A stretch of 64,000 nt of DNA from Mobula hypostoma (taxonomy: Eukaryota): the NCBI RefSeq assembly GCF_963921235.1, contig NC_086118.1:24554001-24618000 (forward strand). Reading direction: 5' to 3'. Positions 21,143 through 34,190 of the stretch are shown here, piece by piece (position 1 is the first letter of the stretch; the number at the start of each line of letters is the position of its first letter). Below the pieces are notes generated by a model, which saw only the letters and a list, made by a program, of their open reading frames with translations, was not told the DNA's origin and ran no database searches. A program made the position numbers and the translations under genes.

Positions 21143-22670
21143 TTCAGATTCAGATTTATTTATCACAAGTACTGCACATCGATACATACAGTGAAATGCA
21201 TCATTTCTCTTAACAACTAACACACCCAATGATGTGCTGGGGTCAGCCCTCAAGTGTCACCAGATTTTCCAGTGGCAATGTAATAAGACCATAAGACAAA
21301 GGAGCAGAAGTTGGCCATTCGGCCCATCGAGTCTGCTCCGCCATTTTATCATGAGCTGATCCATTCTCCCATTTAGTCCCACTCTCCCGCCTTTTCACCA
21401 TAACCTTTGATGCCCCGGCTACTCAGATACCTATCAATCTCTGCCTTAAATGCACCCAATGACTTGGCCTCCACTGCTGCCCGTGGCAACAAATTCCATA
21501 GATTCACCACCCTCTGACTCAAAAAATTTCTTCGCATTTCTGTTCTGAATGGGCGCCCTTCAATCCTTAAGTCATGCCCTCTCGTACTAGACTCCCCCAT
21601 CATGGGAAACAACTTTGCCACATCCACTCTGTCCATGCCTTTCAACATTCGAAATGTTTCTATGAGGTCTTCCCTCATTCTTCTAAACTCCAAGGAATAC
21701 AGTCCAAGAGCGGACAAACATTCCTCATATGTTAACCCTCTCATTCCCGGAATCATTCTAGTGAATCTTCTCTGTACCCTCTCCAATGTCAGCACATCCT
21801 TTCTTAAATAAGGAGACCAAAACTGCCCACAGTACTCCAAGTGAGGTCTCACCAGCGCCTTATAGAGCCTCAACATCACATCCCTGCTCCTATACTCTAT
21901 TCCTCTAGAAACGAATGCCAACATTGCATTTGCCTTCTTCACTACTGACTCAACCTGGAGGTTAACCTTAAGGGTATCCTGTACAAGGACTCCCAAGTGC
22001 AGTTGTATCTCAGAACTTTGAATTCTTTCCCCATTTAAATAATAGTCTGCCCGTTTATTTTATAGTGCCCGTAATATTCCCACAATAGAACAACAAAGTC
22101 AGCGGCGACAACAACCACGAAACAAGCCGCTTTCACATCGCTTCCACCCACACACCTGGACAGGACTCCATCCTCAGGACGGGGCTGCCTGCAGTCCTCC
22201 AGATACCTAAACTCAGAGACAGCGGGCCTCCGAGCTTGGACTTCACACCAGGACCCTGACCATAGGTTCAACCTTCAGGCCTCTACCACCGGACTGGCAT
22301 GGACCTCCAACTCAGGCGAGCTGGGGCTCACAAACCTTTTTGATTCCTGGCTGTACCTGGGAGACCCACCGTACGGACTTCCAATCCGGGACTGGAGGCT
22401 GCCTGTCTCCTCATCACCTGTGACTCAGCTTCTGGGATTGCTGATGTCCAAACACGTAGCACTTCAACATGGACTGAAACTCCTGTCCAGATTCTTCATT
22501 TACTATGTTTGACCTCTAACCCCCCCACCTTATCTCTGTCATTAAACCTTAAGATGAACCTTAACTCACTTCTCTGTTCCAAAACATATCCCTATAAGCC
22601 TACAAAGCAATAAAGTCTGAGCCTCAAAAATCAATGGAAATTGAAAATGCATCTTGACACTGTCTTCACT
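21143..22670 (-). mobile_element. Non-coding retroposon interrupted by a CR1
   Basis: Minus-strand AATAAA plus (TCTGAA)n-type tail at 21143-21165; sequence resumes after the CR1 at about 22062. Confidence 0.4.
21283..22060 (-). mobile_element. CR1 LINE 3' fragment, well preserved
   Basis: 207-aa open frame (LYKALVRPHLEYC..ERVQRRFTRMIP..TRGH..RVVNLWN); tail tcttatggtcttat. Confidence 0.92.
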
Positions 22671-22744
22671 GGAAGTCACAATCAGCACCTAGAACTGTCA
22701 ATAGATGTAGACTAATGAATGTAAAGGTGTCAAAATGGTTGTTC

Positions 22745-23365
22745 TGATGCATCTTGTGTGGCAGCATAGTGGGTAGTACTCGTCGCTCTGACTTTCACCT
22801 TCCACTGCTGGCTAGCAGTCTTGCAAAAAGGAGAGCTGAATGTGTAATTCTCCCCCTGCCAGTACATAGCCTCTCCAACAGAAAGCGTCATGTAGTTCCT
22901 CCTTGCTGGCGGCACACAGAAACTGAACACCTTTCAGATTCAGGCTGAACTTCAGAGGACGGGGAGGAGGTCTGCCCCCCCACACATAGCATGCAGGACT
23001 GCCGGTGTGAGGACAGGCCCTGGTGCTTGTGATCCAGATCCCCGGCTGTGGGTAATTAGCCCCACTACCTTGTGGGCAGCTTCAGGAGAGACAAAGGCTA
23101 TGGAAGTAAACCCAGACAGCAAATTTGGAGTGGAGCCCCTAAGGCAGCTAGATGTCACTGAACATCCTTCCAGCAGCTCCAGCAACCGAGGTGGTGCCAA
23201 ACATATTGCTTCATAAGCTTTCCTTTGGACTACTCCGGTGAGTCTGAGAGGGGTATCTTGACAACTGGGCAACTGGGGATCTTCATACTTTCCTTCCAGG
23301 CCTGTAATGATGATCATCATCACCCATTGTCCTTCAAGACAGGCAGAAGCCAATCAATGGATGAA
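22745..23365 (+). mobile_element. RTE-associated non-autonomous repeat
   Basis: gtaaacccagacagcaaatttggagtggagcccctaaggcag block resembles the one at 24495-24540; (TGA/TCA)n end. Confidence 0.45.
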
Positions 23366-23371
23366 TAAAAC

Positions 23372-24350
23372 CTTAAGACCATAAGACATATGAGCAGAAT
23401 CAGGCTATTTGGGCTTTCAAGTCTGCTCCACCATTTCATCCTGGCTGACTTATTGTCCCTTCCAACCCCATTCTCCACCCTTCTTCCTGTAACCTTTGAT
23501 GCCCTGACTTATCAGGAACCCAGCTACCTCCACTTTAAATATATTCAATGACTTCTCCTCCACAGCTATCTACTGCTACTACTACTACTACTACATCGAT
23601 TCAGGCCTAGGGGGCCGACGTCAGGCACGGTGACGGACTCTCCACCTCTCCCCCTCCCTCATCAGCGTGTTCAGTTCATCTACATTAGCCGCGCCGCTGT
23701 CTTCTAGGAGCATGTTGATCATAGTCTTGGGAGGGCGCCCAGGGTTCATCCTCTCGTGCTTGGGCTCCCATATGATGACTAGGCTGGCAGGTAGCTCGGA
23801 GTGACGTAGACAGTTGCAGTCTTCTCGTCTCGATTTTAGTGGTGAGCATCGGTAGGTTGTTATAGAGCTCGACATTCTTACACTCTATGTCATCTATGTT
23901 AACTAATTCCTTAGATTCACCACCCGCTGACTAAAGAAATTCCTCCACATCTCTTTTCTAAATTGGTGTCCCTATATTCTGAGGCTGGAACCTCTGGTTC
24001 TACACTCACCCACTACAGGAAACATCTAATGCAGATCCACTCTATCCCGACCTTTCAATATTCAACAGTTTTCAATGAGATCCCCTCTTATTTATCTAAA
24101 CTCCAGTGAGTATGGGCACATAGCCATCAAATGCTTCTCATATTTTAACACTTTCATTCCAAGAATCATTCTCGTGAAACTCCACTGGACCCTCTCCAAT
24201 TCCAGCACATCCTTTCTTAGATAACAGGCCCAAAACTGCTCACAATACTCCAAGCACGGTCTGAGCAAAGCCTCATAAAGCATAGGCATCACATCCTTGC
24301 CCTTATATTCTGGTTCTCTCCAATAGCATGCTAACATTGCATTTGCCTTC
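23372..24350 (-). mobile_element. CR1 LINE 3' fragment interrupted by an RTE piece
   Basis: LYEALLRPCLEYCEQFW..ERVQWSFTRMI; taagaccataagac tail. Confidence 0.85.
23570..23905 (-). mobile_element. RTE-clade LINE 3' end with (TAG)n tail
   Basis: HSELPASLVIIWEPKH..GRPPKT..DSGAANVDELNTLM..RERW-like C-terminus; (TAC)n at 23570-23594. Confidence 0.75.
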
Positions 24351-24354
24351 TTTA

Positions 24355-24737
24355 GACCGTAAAGAAGAGTAGACTTGCTTCAGGTAGATGGGGCTTGTCA
24401 ACCATGAATGGCAATTCATCTAGGAGAAGGAAAACTCTGATCTCAAACCTCCGCTGCTGTGTGACTACACCTATTCATGAGGAAGGCTTTGGGACTAAAC
24501 TCGAGGAGAAATCTGGAGCTGGAGTCCCTAAGGCAGTCCTACATTGACTTTAACGCTGACTAGCAACTCCTGCCATGTTGCTGTTGCCAAACTGTCTCAG
24601 TCTCTGCCGTTTCTTTGGATTCTTCAGCTGCGTGGAGAAGGGGAGCCTGCTGTATGGGCAATGGCTTGCTCTTCATATCATACCATCCTGGATAGTGTAA
24701 ATAGCTATAATGCAATATTCATGGTTGATCCCGACAG
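24355..24737. mobile_element. RTE-associated non-autonomous repeat between CR1 pieces
   Basis: Interrupts CR1 sequence; contains ctaggagaaggaaaactctg and ggagtccctaaggcag. Confidence 0.45.
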
Positions 24738-24739
24738 AG

Positions 24740-25822
24740 AGCTTATAGGTTCTTATCTTGCTAAGCAACCTCATGTACAACACCTTATCAAAGGCCTTCT
24801 GAAAAACTAAGTACACAACAACCACCAATTCTCCTTTGTCTACCTTGTCTGTATTTCCTCAAAGAATTCCAACAGATTCCAACAAATTTCCCCCTAAGGA
24901 AACCATACTGACTTTGGCCTACTTTGTCATTTGTCTCCACGTGCACCAAAACCTCATCCTTGATAATGGAGTTCAGCATCTTCCCAACAACTGAAGTCAG
25001 GCTAACTGGCCTATAATTCCCTTTCTTCTGCCCTCCTCTCTTCTCAAGGATGGAGTGACATTTGCAGTTTTCCAGTCCTCCAGAACCATTCCAGAATCTA
25101 GTGATTCTTGAAAGATCATTCGTAATGCCTCCACATTCTCTTCAGCTATCTCTTTCAGAACCCTGGGGTGTAGACTTATCTTCCTTCAGACCTTTCTACA
25201 TCCCAAGCACCTTCTCCTTAATAACATAGACTACACTCACTTCTGTCCCCTGACACTCTCGAACTTCTGACATACTGCCAGTGTCTTCCACAGTAAGAAC
25301 CAAAGCAAAATACTTAATAAGTTTGTCTATCATTTCTTTGCCCCCCTGTTACTACCTCATCACATCATTTTCCAGCAGACTAATCAACTCTTCCCTCTTT
25401 TTTATGCTTTATACTTAATATCTGAAAAATTTTTGATGTCATCTTTTATATTATTGGTGAGCTTACCTTCATATTTCATCCTATTATTCCTTATGGCCTT
25501 TTAGTTACCTTCTGCTGTTTTATACAAGCTTTGCAATCCTCCATCTTCTCCCTCATTTTTACTATATTATCTGCCTCCCTCCACTTTTGCTTTTATGCTG
25601 TCTTTGGCTTCACATGACAGCTACAGTTGCCTTATCCTCCCCTTAGACTACTTTTTCTTTAGGATGTATCTATCCTGCGCCTTCTGAATAGCTCCCAGAA
25701 ACTCCAGCTATTGCTATTCTTCTGTCATCCCTCCTAGTGTTCCCTTCCAATCAACTTTGGCTAGCTCCGCTTTCATGCCTTTATAAATCCCTTTACTTCA
25801 CTGTAATACTGATACTTCTGAC
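24740..25822 (-). mobile_element. CR1 ORF2 internal fragment
   Basis: NYRPVSLTSVVGKMLNSIIKD..QSQYGFLRGK. Confidence 0.85.
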
Positions 25823-26282
25823 TTTATTGAATAAAGATAGGTTCAGAAAATCTAAGTCCAAAGAGAAAACATATTCTTCAAAATACTCCTTAGACATATT
25901 GTTCAAAAATTTTCAAGGATACCTAGTTCGAGGCAACATTTCACCTGTAATTCTGTTCAGGTCATCTACTGAATCTGATACTTCCAATGCAGCCTCCTCT
26001 ACCTTATTTTGCGAGGGAGGAGGTTGGAGTTCTGAGTTTGCAGGCTCCATTTTCTGTGTGGGTGATGTGTTAGCTTTTGAGCGAGGGGGGGCAGATGGAG
26101 GGTTTGGGATTTGCAAGTTTTGTTTCTTTTTCCTCTTTGCATGAAGAGGGGTTGACGCCTTTTCTTTCAACGACACCTATAGGTTTTGTTTTCTGTATTT
26201 CATGGCTATCTGGAGAAGACAAATACCAGAGTTGTACTGTACATGTATAATTTGACAATAAAGAAACCTTTGAACCTTTGGT

Positions 26283-26905
26283 GTGACCAAACATAAATTG
26301 GGGGACTGCTTTGTCGAGCACATCCATTCCAACTGCAAAAAGTGGTATTTCCTGGTGGCCAGCCATTTTAATTCCTACCCCATTCCCATTCCAGCATGTC
26401 AGTCCATGACCTCCTCTTCTGCCACAGTGAAGCCACTGAGGTTTGAGGAGCAACTTGTCATATTCTGTCTAGAGAGCCTCCAACCAGATGGCATGAAAAT
26501 CAATTTCACCTTCCAGTAATTTTTATTTTATTTTTCCTCTGCTCCTTCCCTTTCTTATTTTTCACTCTGGCCTCTTACCTTTTCTCCTCACTTGCCTATC
26601 ACCTCCCATTGCTTCCCTTTCTCCCATGGTCAACTCTCCTCTCCTATCAGATTCCTTCTTCTCCAGCCCCTTTCCTTTTCCACCAATCCCCTCCCAGTTT
26701 CTTATTTCATCCCTCCTCCCCCACCCACCTGGCTTCACCTATCACTTTCTAGTTTGTCCTCCTTCCTTTCCCTCCACCTTCTTATACTGGCATCTTCCCC
26801 ATTCCTTTCCAATCCTGATGAAGGCTCTCAGCCCGAAATATCACCTGTTGATTTATTTCCATAGCTGTTGCCTGACCTACTGAGTTCCTCCAGAATTTTA
26901 TTGTG
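26283..26905 (+). mobile_element. PLE 3' fragment: GIY-YIG C-terminus, pyrimidine-rich UTR, hammerhead-like motif
   Basis: TKHKLGDCFVEH..VASHFNS..EEQLVIFCLESLQPDGMKINF homologous to ORF 46346-46672; ctgatgaaggctctcagcccgaaa at about 26815-26838. Confidence 0.85.
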
Positions 26906-28244
26906 CAACTCATTACATATACCCACTATCCTCCATGAAAAAATTGCCTCTCAATTCCATTTAAAATGTTTCCGCTCTCACCTTAAACTAATGCTCTCTA
27001 GTTTTAGACTCCCCTACCCTGGGAAAAGGACTGTGATAATCCATCTTAGTTATTACTCACATAACTTTATCAACCTCCAAAAGATCACTCCTTAGTATGC
27101 TCTGCTTCAAGGAAAACTGTTCCAGCCCACTCAGAATCAGAATCAGGTTTAATATCACTGGCATATGTCATGAAATTCATTAATTTTACAGCAACAGTTC
27201 AATGAAATACAGTACATGATAAACGTGATGTTTCTCTTTATAACTAAAACGTCCAGTCATGGCAATATCATTGTGAATTATTCCTACACCCTCTCTAGCT
27301 TAATCATCGCTCCCTCTAATATGATGACCAGAAATGCACACACTATTCCAAGAGCAGGTTCCCAAAGTCTATTCCTATTCCTGCCTTAAGCTCCAAACAT
27401 TCAATTCTCAAACATCAGCTAAATTGACTTATTAGTTCACTCTATTTATATATTTGATTTCTCAGATCTGTTTTACTACCACATTTTATAAAATAATCAG
27501 AATAATTCCACGCAAGTCCAAGTGTCAGTTACTATTATGTATTTATTCCGATTTGTAGCTTATATTGAACTGACAATGTTGCAGAAGGATGTGCAGTCAA
27601 AAACAGTGTGCAACATTCCAGATTTCATTCATAAATCTGCTGCAGTTCTAATGAAAGCCAAATCTCCAAAGGACGAGCTGCCTTTCCCTCTGTGCTCTCC
27701 TTAAATCTGTTTAACGACTTAACTAGAAAAAGCACCAAAACAAATCTTATGTACTTGTTTTAAACTATTACAACAGCAGGATGAACTGAATGAACTCACA
27801 CTTGGAAACTTATCCTTGGATGCATCTGCACATCTTTCCTTCACCAGCCTGCCAAAATTCAGTTCCACTGGGTCGAATTATACTGGCTGAAAAAAATGGC
27901 CAACTGTCAACCATTTGCACCTCAAGCAGTCTTAAACTTCCATGTAAATGTGACCAAATGCAAAATTCCAGGACATGCTTAGACCAGATGCATCTGAAGT
28001 TCTTGGCTTTGCCATGGGGTTCACCATTAAGTTCTGTGATGGAGTCGTGTGGGGCTAAGCAAAGGATTTGGATGAACTTTGCAATGCAACGTCATCGATA
28101 TCACATAGACATATGATACAAAAGGAATCAGAGAAACCATCACTTCCATTCCTCTATTTAATTTCTGTATAAAGCCTGGGGAAGACTGTCACACAAAGGG
28201 AAAACATTTTTGAAGTACTGTATAGGAAATATTTCTGATGCCAG

Positions 28245-28935
28245 AAATCTTCAACTTGATGGCATGAACAATAATCTATCCAACTTCCAGTAATTTCTCT
28301 CCCCCACTAAGGGACATAACCTCAAGATTTGGGGGAGTAGATTTAGGACGGAACTGCCTTTCCCAGAGAGTGGTGAATCTGTGGAATTCTCTGCCCAATG
28401 AAGCAGTGGAGGCAACCTCAGTAAATATATTTAAGACAATGTTGGATAGATGTGTACGTAGTAGGGGAATTAAAGGTTATGGGGGAAAGACAGGTAGGTG
28501 GAGACAAGTCCACGGCCAGATCAGCCATGATCTTATTGAATGGTGGAGCAGGCTCAACGGGCAAGATGGCCTACTCCTGCTCCTATTTCTTTTGTTCTTC
28601 TGTTCTTATGTTCACCCCCAACTTGTATTCTCTTTTTCCATACCCCATTTTGGTTTCCCTCTCACCCCTTCTCTTCTTATTTACCCATCACCAGCCCCTG
28701 GTTCCCCTCCACCTTCCCTTTCTTCCATTGTCCACTGTCCTCTCTTATTAGATTGCTTTTTATTCAGCCTTTATCTCTTCCACCTATCCTCTCCCACCTT
28801 CTTACCTCGTCCCCCTCCCTCACCCTCCCACCTTCCCCCTCACCTCATTTCACCAATCACCTACTAGCTTGTATTCCATCCCCCTCTCCCTACCTTCTTA
28901 TTTTGGCTTCTGCCCCCTTCCTTTCCAGTCCATAG
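28245..28935 (+). mobile_element. PLE 3' fragment split by a CR1 3' end (about 28306-28610)
   Basis: cttcaacttgatggcatgaac (LQ.DGMN), then CR1 RVVNLWNSLP plus tail, then the PLE-type pyrimidine-rich UTR ending ctttccagtcc. Confidence 0.7.
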
Positions 28936-29269
28936 AAGTATTTTGATTGGTTTCTGGATAGGAGTGATCCTGCAATATGGATGGAGGTGGACCGAGTGAC
29001 GACAATGCCATTAATTTTCTAGAGGCCCCAATTAGAGTCTTTATTGTTGCCAATGGTCATTCCCTGACATGTTTATAGTCCATATGATACCTGCCACTTA
29101 TGCCTGAACACGGTTGCATTCAAACATCGGCTAGTTATTTTCTGTAGTAGCTGTAAGTAGGATTTAAAGTTTGTAATCATCAGTAGACATTCCCATTTCT
29201 CATCTCACTAATGAAGCATCTGCAAAGGTTCAGTGGCTGCAGCCCAGCACTGAACTACACCAACAGTTG

Positions 29270-29671
29270 CATTCAGAAGTCAGAAGGATGGCAGGAGATC
29301 TTATAAAAATACATAAAATTATGAAAGGAGTAGTTAAGATAGAGGCAGGAAAGTTGTTTGCACTGGTAGGTGAGACGAGAACTAGGGGACATAGCCTCAA
29401 GGTTCACGGGAGTAAATTTAGGACAGAGATAATGACGAACTGCTTTTCCCAGGGAGTGGTGAATCTGTGGAAGCAGTGGAGGCTACCTCAGTAAATATAT
29501 TTAAGACAAGGCTGAATAGATTTTTGCATACTGGGGGAATTCAGGATCATGGGGAAAAGGCAGGTAGGTGTTTATGAGTCCATGGTCAGATCAGCCATAA
29601 TCTTATTGAATGGCGGAGCAGGCTTGATGGGCCAGATGGCCTACTCCTGCTCCTATTTCTTATGTTCTTAT
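29270..29671 (+). mobile_element. CR1 LINE 3' end
   Basis: RRMAGDLIKIHKIMKG..ETRTRGHSLK..VVNLW; tail cttatgttcttat. Confidence 0.88.
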
Positions 29672-29674
29672 CCT

Positions 29675-31200
29675 GGGGCCAGGAAGATTAAACTCTCTAC
29701 CATTTCATTTTAAGTGAGGTATGACTCTAACCAATCGAGTGTTTTTACCTTGAAGTCTATTAACATAAATTTTACCGGGGCACCTTGATATTGAGCAAAC
29801 TGTCACCTCAATGTCACTCTGATTTCACTTACAAATCCTGCTCTTTGATTTATATTCAAACAAAAGTTGTCCTGAGGTCTGGGACCCAGTGATACAGCTG
29901 AAATACACAGCTGGGTTACTGGTAAGTTCTTTTGATCGCACTGATGACAATAGCTTCCACCATGGAATTAAGAGTAAACTGACTGGTCAGTATTTAGCCT
30001 ATGATTTTTTTCTCTATTTTGGGTTATGTGCCAGAGTTGCAACAGTACTAGAACAGCTTTATTAAACAACTAGATCTAAAATGTAGATATTTAATGCAAT
30101 AGCTGAGAGCTTGCCTTTGCCTCATATCCTTTCCTGTAGCTTGTGCGTTCTGACATCTCTTGAAAATGAGTAAAGATTGGCCTCCATAATGGATTTCAGG
30201 AAGCTAAAGTGGACCTCCTTCTTTGTCCTGGCTAAACTGGCCACAAATGTTTCATCCTTGCCTTTGGCTGGGCCCTGCATGGGGACTGGGGATATTCTTG
30301 GATCCCCTTCCTCTCATTAGGTTTAATTGTCTGCCATCCATGATGACTAGATATGACAGAACTTTGATCAGATCTTTGTTCGTGAGATCACTTAGCTCTC
30401 TTTGTATTCCATGCTGCTTTTGCAGTTCATTTCCCGTTCATTCCCCTGCTCCAGCCTAACTCCTCATTCCGAGGTAAATCAGGTGTTGCTGCTCTTCAAC
30501 CCTTTGCATTGAGCCAGGATTAATTCACTGCCTATACACGCAATGATAGAGCGAGTGATTACCAGGTCATCAGGCCACGGGTTAAGATGGTGAACATTTC
30601 TGATTCTGCTGATAATCCATAGCACCTCATGGAAGCCTAGTTTTAATTCACCAGATCCATTCTGATACAGTAATACCCAGCATGATTGAGGTGCTGCACA
30701 GTACAATGGAAGATGCCTATATATGTTATCTCCACAATGTTCACCCTTGCCAAACCGACCATGGAAAAATACATTCCCCAATTGGTAAGGGTAGTTTGTC
30801 CCTTATTCTCTAGTCTCAGACCCAATCTGGCAGTCATGAATTCAGCGATTGGCCAGGTTGTGCACAACTTTTGTTATTAATATATTCAATGATGAATGTT
30901 GAAGAACCCCTCGAGAATATAGTATATATCCTTGCTACGTTCCAAGTGTTGAGAATGCTGCTGCTGTATAGACCAAGGATGGACAGTAACTGATCGGCGA
31001 GAGGGGATTTCCATGCTCATGACTGACCCACTGCCAAGAGATCTCACAGAGGCTGAAGTCAACATATCTTTGAGTGCACAGGAGCAGGAAATGGAGAAAG
31101 GAAGGCCAATATTCTTTTAATGGTCTGGGAAGCAAAGTAATATGGATGATGTGCACATCACGGACAGGAGCATAAACAACATAAATGTCTGCTTGAGTCC
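29675..31200 (-). mobile_element. Highly decayed non-LTR retrotransposon
   Basis: Scattered endonuclease/RT-like remnants (YTAAAFS..GFFNIHH, CTTWPIAEFMTARLGL); no intact frame. Confidence 0.4.
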
Positions 31201-31403
31201 AGCTATTGATCTGGGAATACTACAGTTTAAACACAAGTAAGGGCATTCAACTCAATGTTAATTATTATAAAGATAGAGAATCATACATCAGCTTTAAATT
31301 ATTTGTTTTACAAAGATGATAATATTTTTACAGAACAATATTTGTGCCAAGTGCTAGGAATATAGCATTGCCTGGAGTCTTGCATTATGCCACAGCCTGT
31401 TGG

Positions 31404-31609
31404 CAATATTCCCTCTAATTTCCTTAACAGCTGCACAGACCAACCATTGCTCTGAACAGGAAATTTTTACACAGCCTGAAAACTGCGCAGCACTTTAACT
31501 TAACATTATATAACAGAAAGGTCCAGCTGTAAGGCAACAAAGGCTATGAGCAGGGGAGAATTTCATTTCCTGCACAGCCCCTTACCCATGCAGCTTAGAG
31601 GGAATGGTG
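31404..31609. mobile_element. Old MITE, possibly hAT-type
   Basis: Inverted termini caatattccctctaa / ttagagggaatggtg (13 of 15 match); no TSD recognisable. Confidence 0.5.
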
Positions 31610-32059
31610 GTGCCAGTCAGTATTGTTCCAATGTTGGGAAGTTGGTATAAAAGCACCTGAAGCTCCTCAATATCTGGGGCTCACTCCCTCACTCACCTGC
31701 CTGCCAGGGTGACAATCCAAGACAAGAGTGAGAGACTGCCAATTTCTAGATGAAGCATTGGACCAGAATTTGAATTGAGGATCAGCATTTCTGCCTTGGA
31801 TTTTAAAACTGGATCTTAGAATTGCTCCTTGGGCTACTCTCTCATGGTATTATTTAACGTGATTGGCTCCTCAGTCAAGTTGGCGATCCCTGTTGCTGCA
31901 GCACGGGGACCAATGCCTGTGTACGCGACTGAGGTTGGAATGGAATAGTGCACGTCAAAGACAAGGCAGCGTTTCTCTTGGCAATTCAGTCAGAGCAGTG
32001 ATAGTAATTGCAAACTCCATGCCAATGAAACAAGGCCTTATATCCCTTCTCAGAAAAAA

Positions 32060-32286
32060 AATGGAAAGGGAGCTGGAAATTCTTCTTTTGCCCCAGCCAA
32101 CATTTATCTTCAACCAACATCACAAAACAATTTGTCTGATCATTACCACATTGTTGTTTGTAGGGATTTGCTGCATGCAAATTTACTGCTATCGATTCTA
32201 CATTACAGCAGTGATGGCAGTTGTGAAAGATTTAATTTACTGAGAAGTGCTCTGCGTTGTATATAAACGCACAACTTTCTTTTTTT
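32060..32286 (+). mobile_element. DeuSINE (SacSINE1/AmnSINE1-like) Deu domain and tail
   Basis: gccaacatttatcttcaaccaacatcac..tctgatcattaccacattgttgtttgtagggatttgctgcatgcaaatt..ctacattacagcagtga..tatataaacgca resembles the recalled DeuSINE consensus. Confidence 0.65.
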
Positions 32287-33109
32287 AATATAACTAATTC
32301 CAATTACATAGTCACTCACTAACCTATTGGTAATTCATTCCTAGGAAGACATAGTCTTGAGTTTATTAGATGGGAGTATTTTTAAATAGACTCACACACA
32401 CATAGTTCAGATGTTGTAAATTTATCTCTAACATTGAGAATTGATATAACTGTGAGTTGGACTGGCCTTCCTCTAAGTTATGAAATTTTGTAATTTATTA
32501 GCCAGTCTGCTACGCCATTAAGGTTTACTAAAAACATAAACTCTAGAGATGGAAACTATTAAAAAGACAAGTAGGGTAACTACAGCTTAAGACCTTGCTC
32601 AACATTAACCATGAACTTGAGAGGGCTATCCAAACTGCTTTAACTAAAGTAAAAAGATATATGGTATTAATGGTTATTATTCATTGCAGGTGAAATGCAG
32701 GGCATATGAAGTACTGACACATTTCAAAGTGATATCTTTATGATTTGAAATTATTTTTTAAACCTCTACAGTCAGAATCAATTGTTCATTTAAACAGACA
32801 ATAACTCCCAGAAGAACTGGACTATTATTGGGTATTGAATAAAAATCTTCAGTTTAAAGAACTTTGCCAAAAAGGCTACCAAAATACGTTAAGTACTGCT
32901 GCATAAATATTTAATAGAGAAAGAAAGCAAATTTGAAAAGATCAATCTAAATTACATGTTCTTGTCTTTCAACATAATGACTGCATTATAAGAATAAAGA
33001 TATTACACCCTGAAATTGATTTGCTTATAGAAAGATGAATTGTGAGGAAGCAAATACTTTTATCTACCCACAAATAAAACACTGAGTTGTAATAGCTTTA
33101 CTTTTCACC

Positions 33110-34190
33110 AGAGGATTGGAAGAACCCCAGGCTGGATTAATTTCCAGAGCCTGACCAAGTACATCCTCAGACTTCATGGGAAATTTTGGAGACCTGACAG
33201 AGATATTTCCTTCCACTGAATGAAGATCTCGACAATTGGAAAGCAGCTAATATTGTCCCATTGTTTAAGAAGGATAAGGTTTAAGACAAGTCAGGGAACT
33301 GAAGGCTGGTCAGCCTGACATCGGTCTTGGGGAAGTTACTGGAGGGAATTCTGAGCGACAGGATCTACCAGCACTTGGGTGGACAGAGTCTGATTAAGTG
33401 GAGTCACCGTTGCTTTACATATGGGAATTTGTACTTGGCAAACCTTTTAGAGTTTTTTAAAGATATAACCAAAAAGGTAAATGAGGGTAAGGCAATGGAT
33501 GTTGCTTATTTGGACTATTTGGACAAGGCTTTCACGGTCTGGAAGATTAGGTCCCATGGAAACCAGAAAGAGCTAGTTAGGTGGACTCAAAGTTAGCTCA
33601 GAGGTAGGAAGCAGAGGATGATGGTTGAAGGCTGTTTCCTTGAATAGAGGCTGGTGATTTGTGAATAACTCCTATAATTTGTTATTTATATAAATGATTT
33701 GGATGAGAAGGCACAAAGTTTGATCAGTAATGTTGTAGATGCCATGAAATTAGGAGGTGTTGCTGCTTGTGAAGAAAGTTATCATAGATTGCAAGGGATC
33801 TGATCATTTAGGGAAGTGGGCCAAGGGTGGCAAATGGACTTCAACAGAGATAATCATGAGGGGATGCATTTTGGAAAGTCAAACCTGCATAGGACTTTAC
33901 TATAGATGGTAGGGCAGTAGGGGGTATAATGGAACTGGGGAACTTGGGAGTACAAGCGCATAGTTTATTAAAAGTAGCATAACAGATAGAAAGGGAGGTG
34001 AGAAAGATGTGTAGCACATTGACTTTCATTAGTCATGGCATTGAGTATAGGAGTTGGGACATTGTGTTGTAGATGTATAAGTCGTGGCTGAGGATCCACT
34101 TGGAGTCCTGTGTGCAGTTTTGATCACCTATTATATGAAAGACGTGGTTAAACTGGAATAATGCAGAAAGTTTTATCAGTTATATTGCTG
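33110..34190 (+). mobile_element. Degenerate CR1 ORF2, continuing at 36030-36705
   Basis: LVSLTSVLGKLLEGIL..NLLEFFKDITK..MDVAYLD. Confidence 0.8.
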
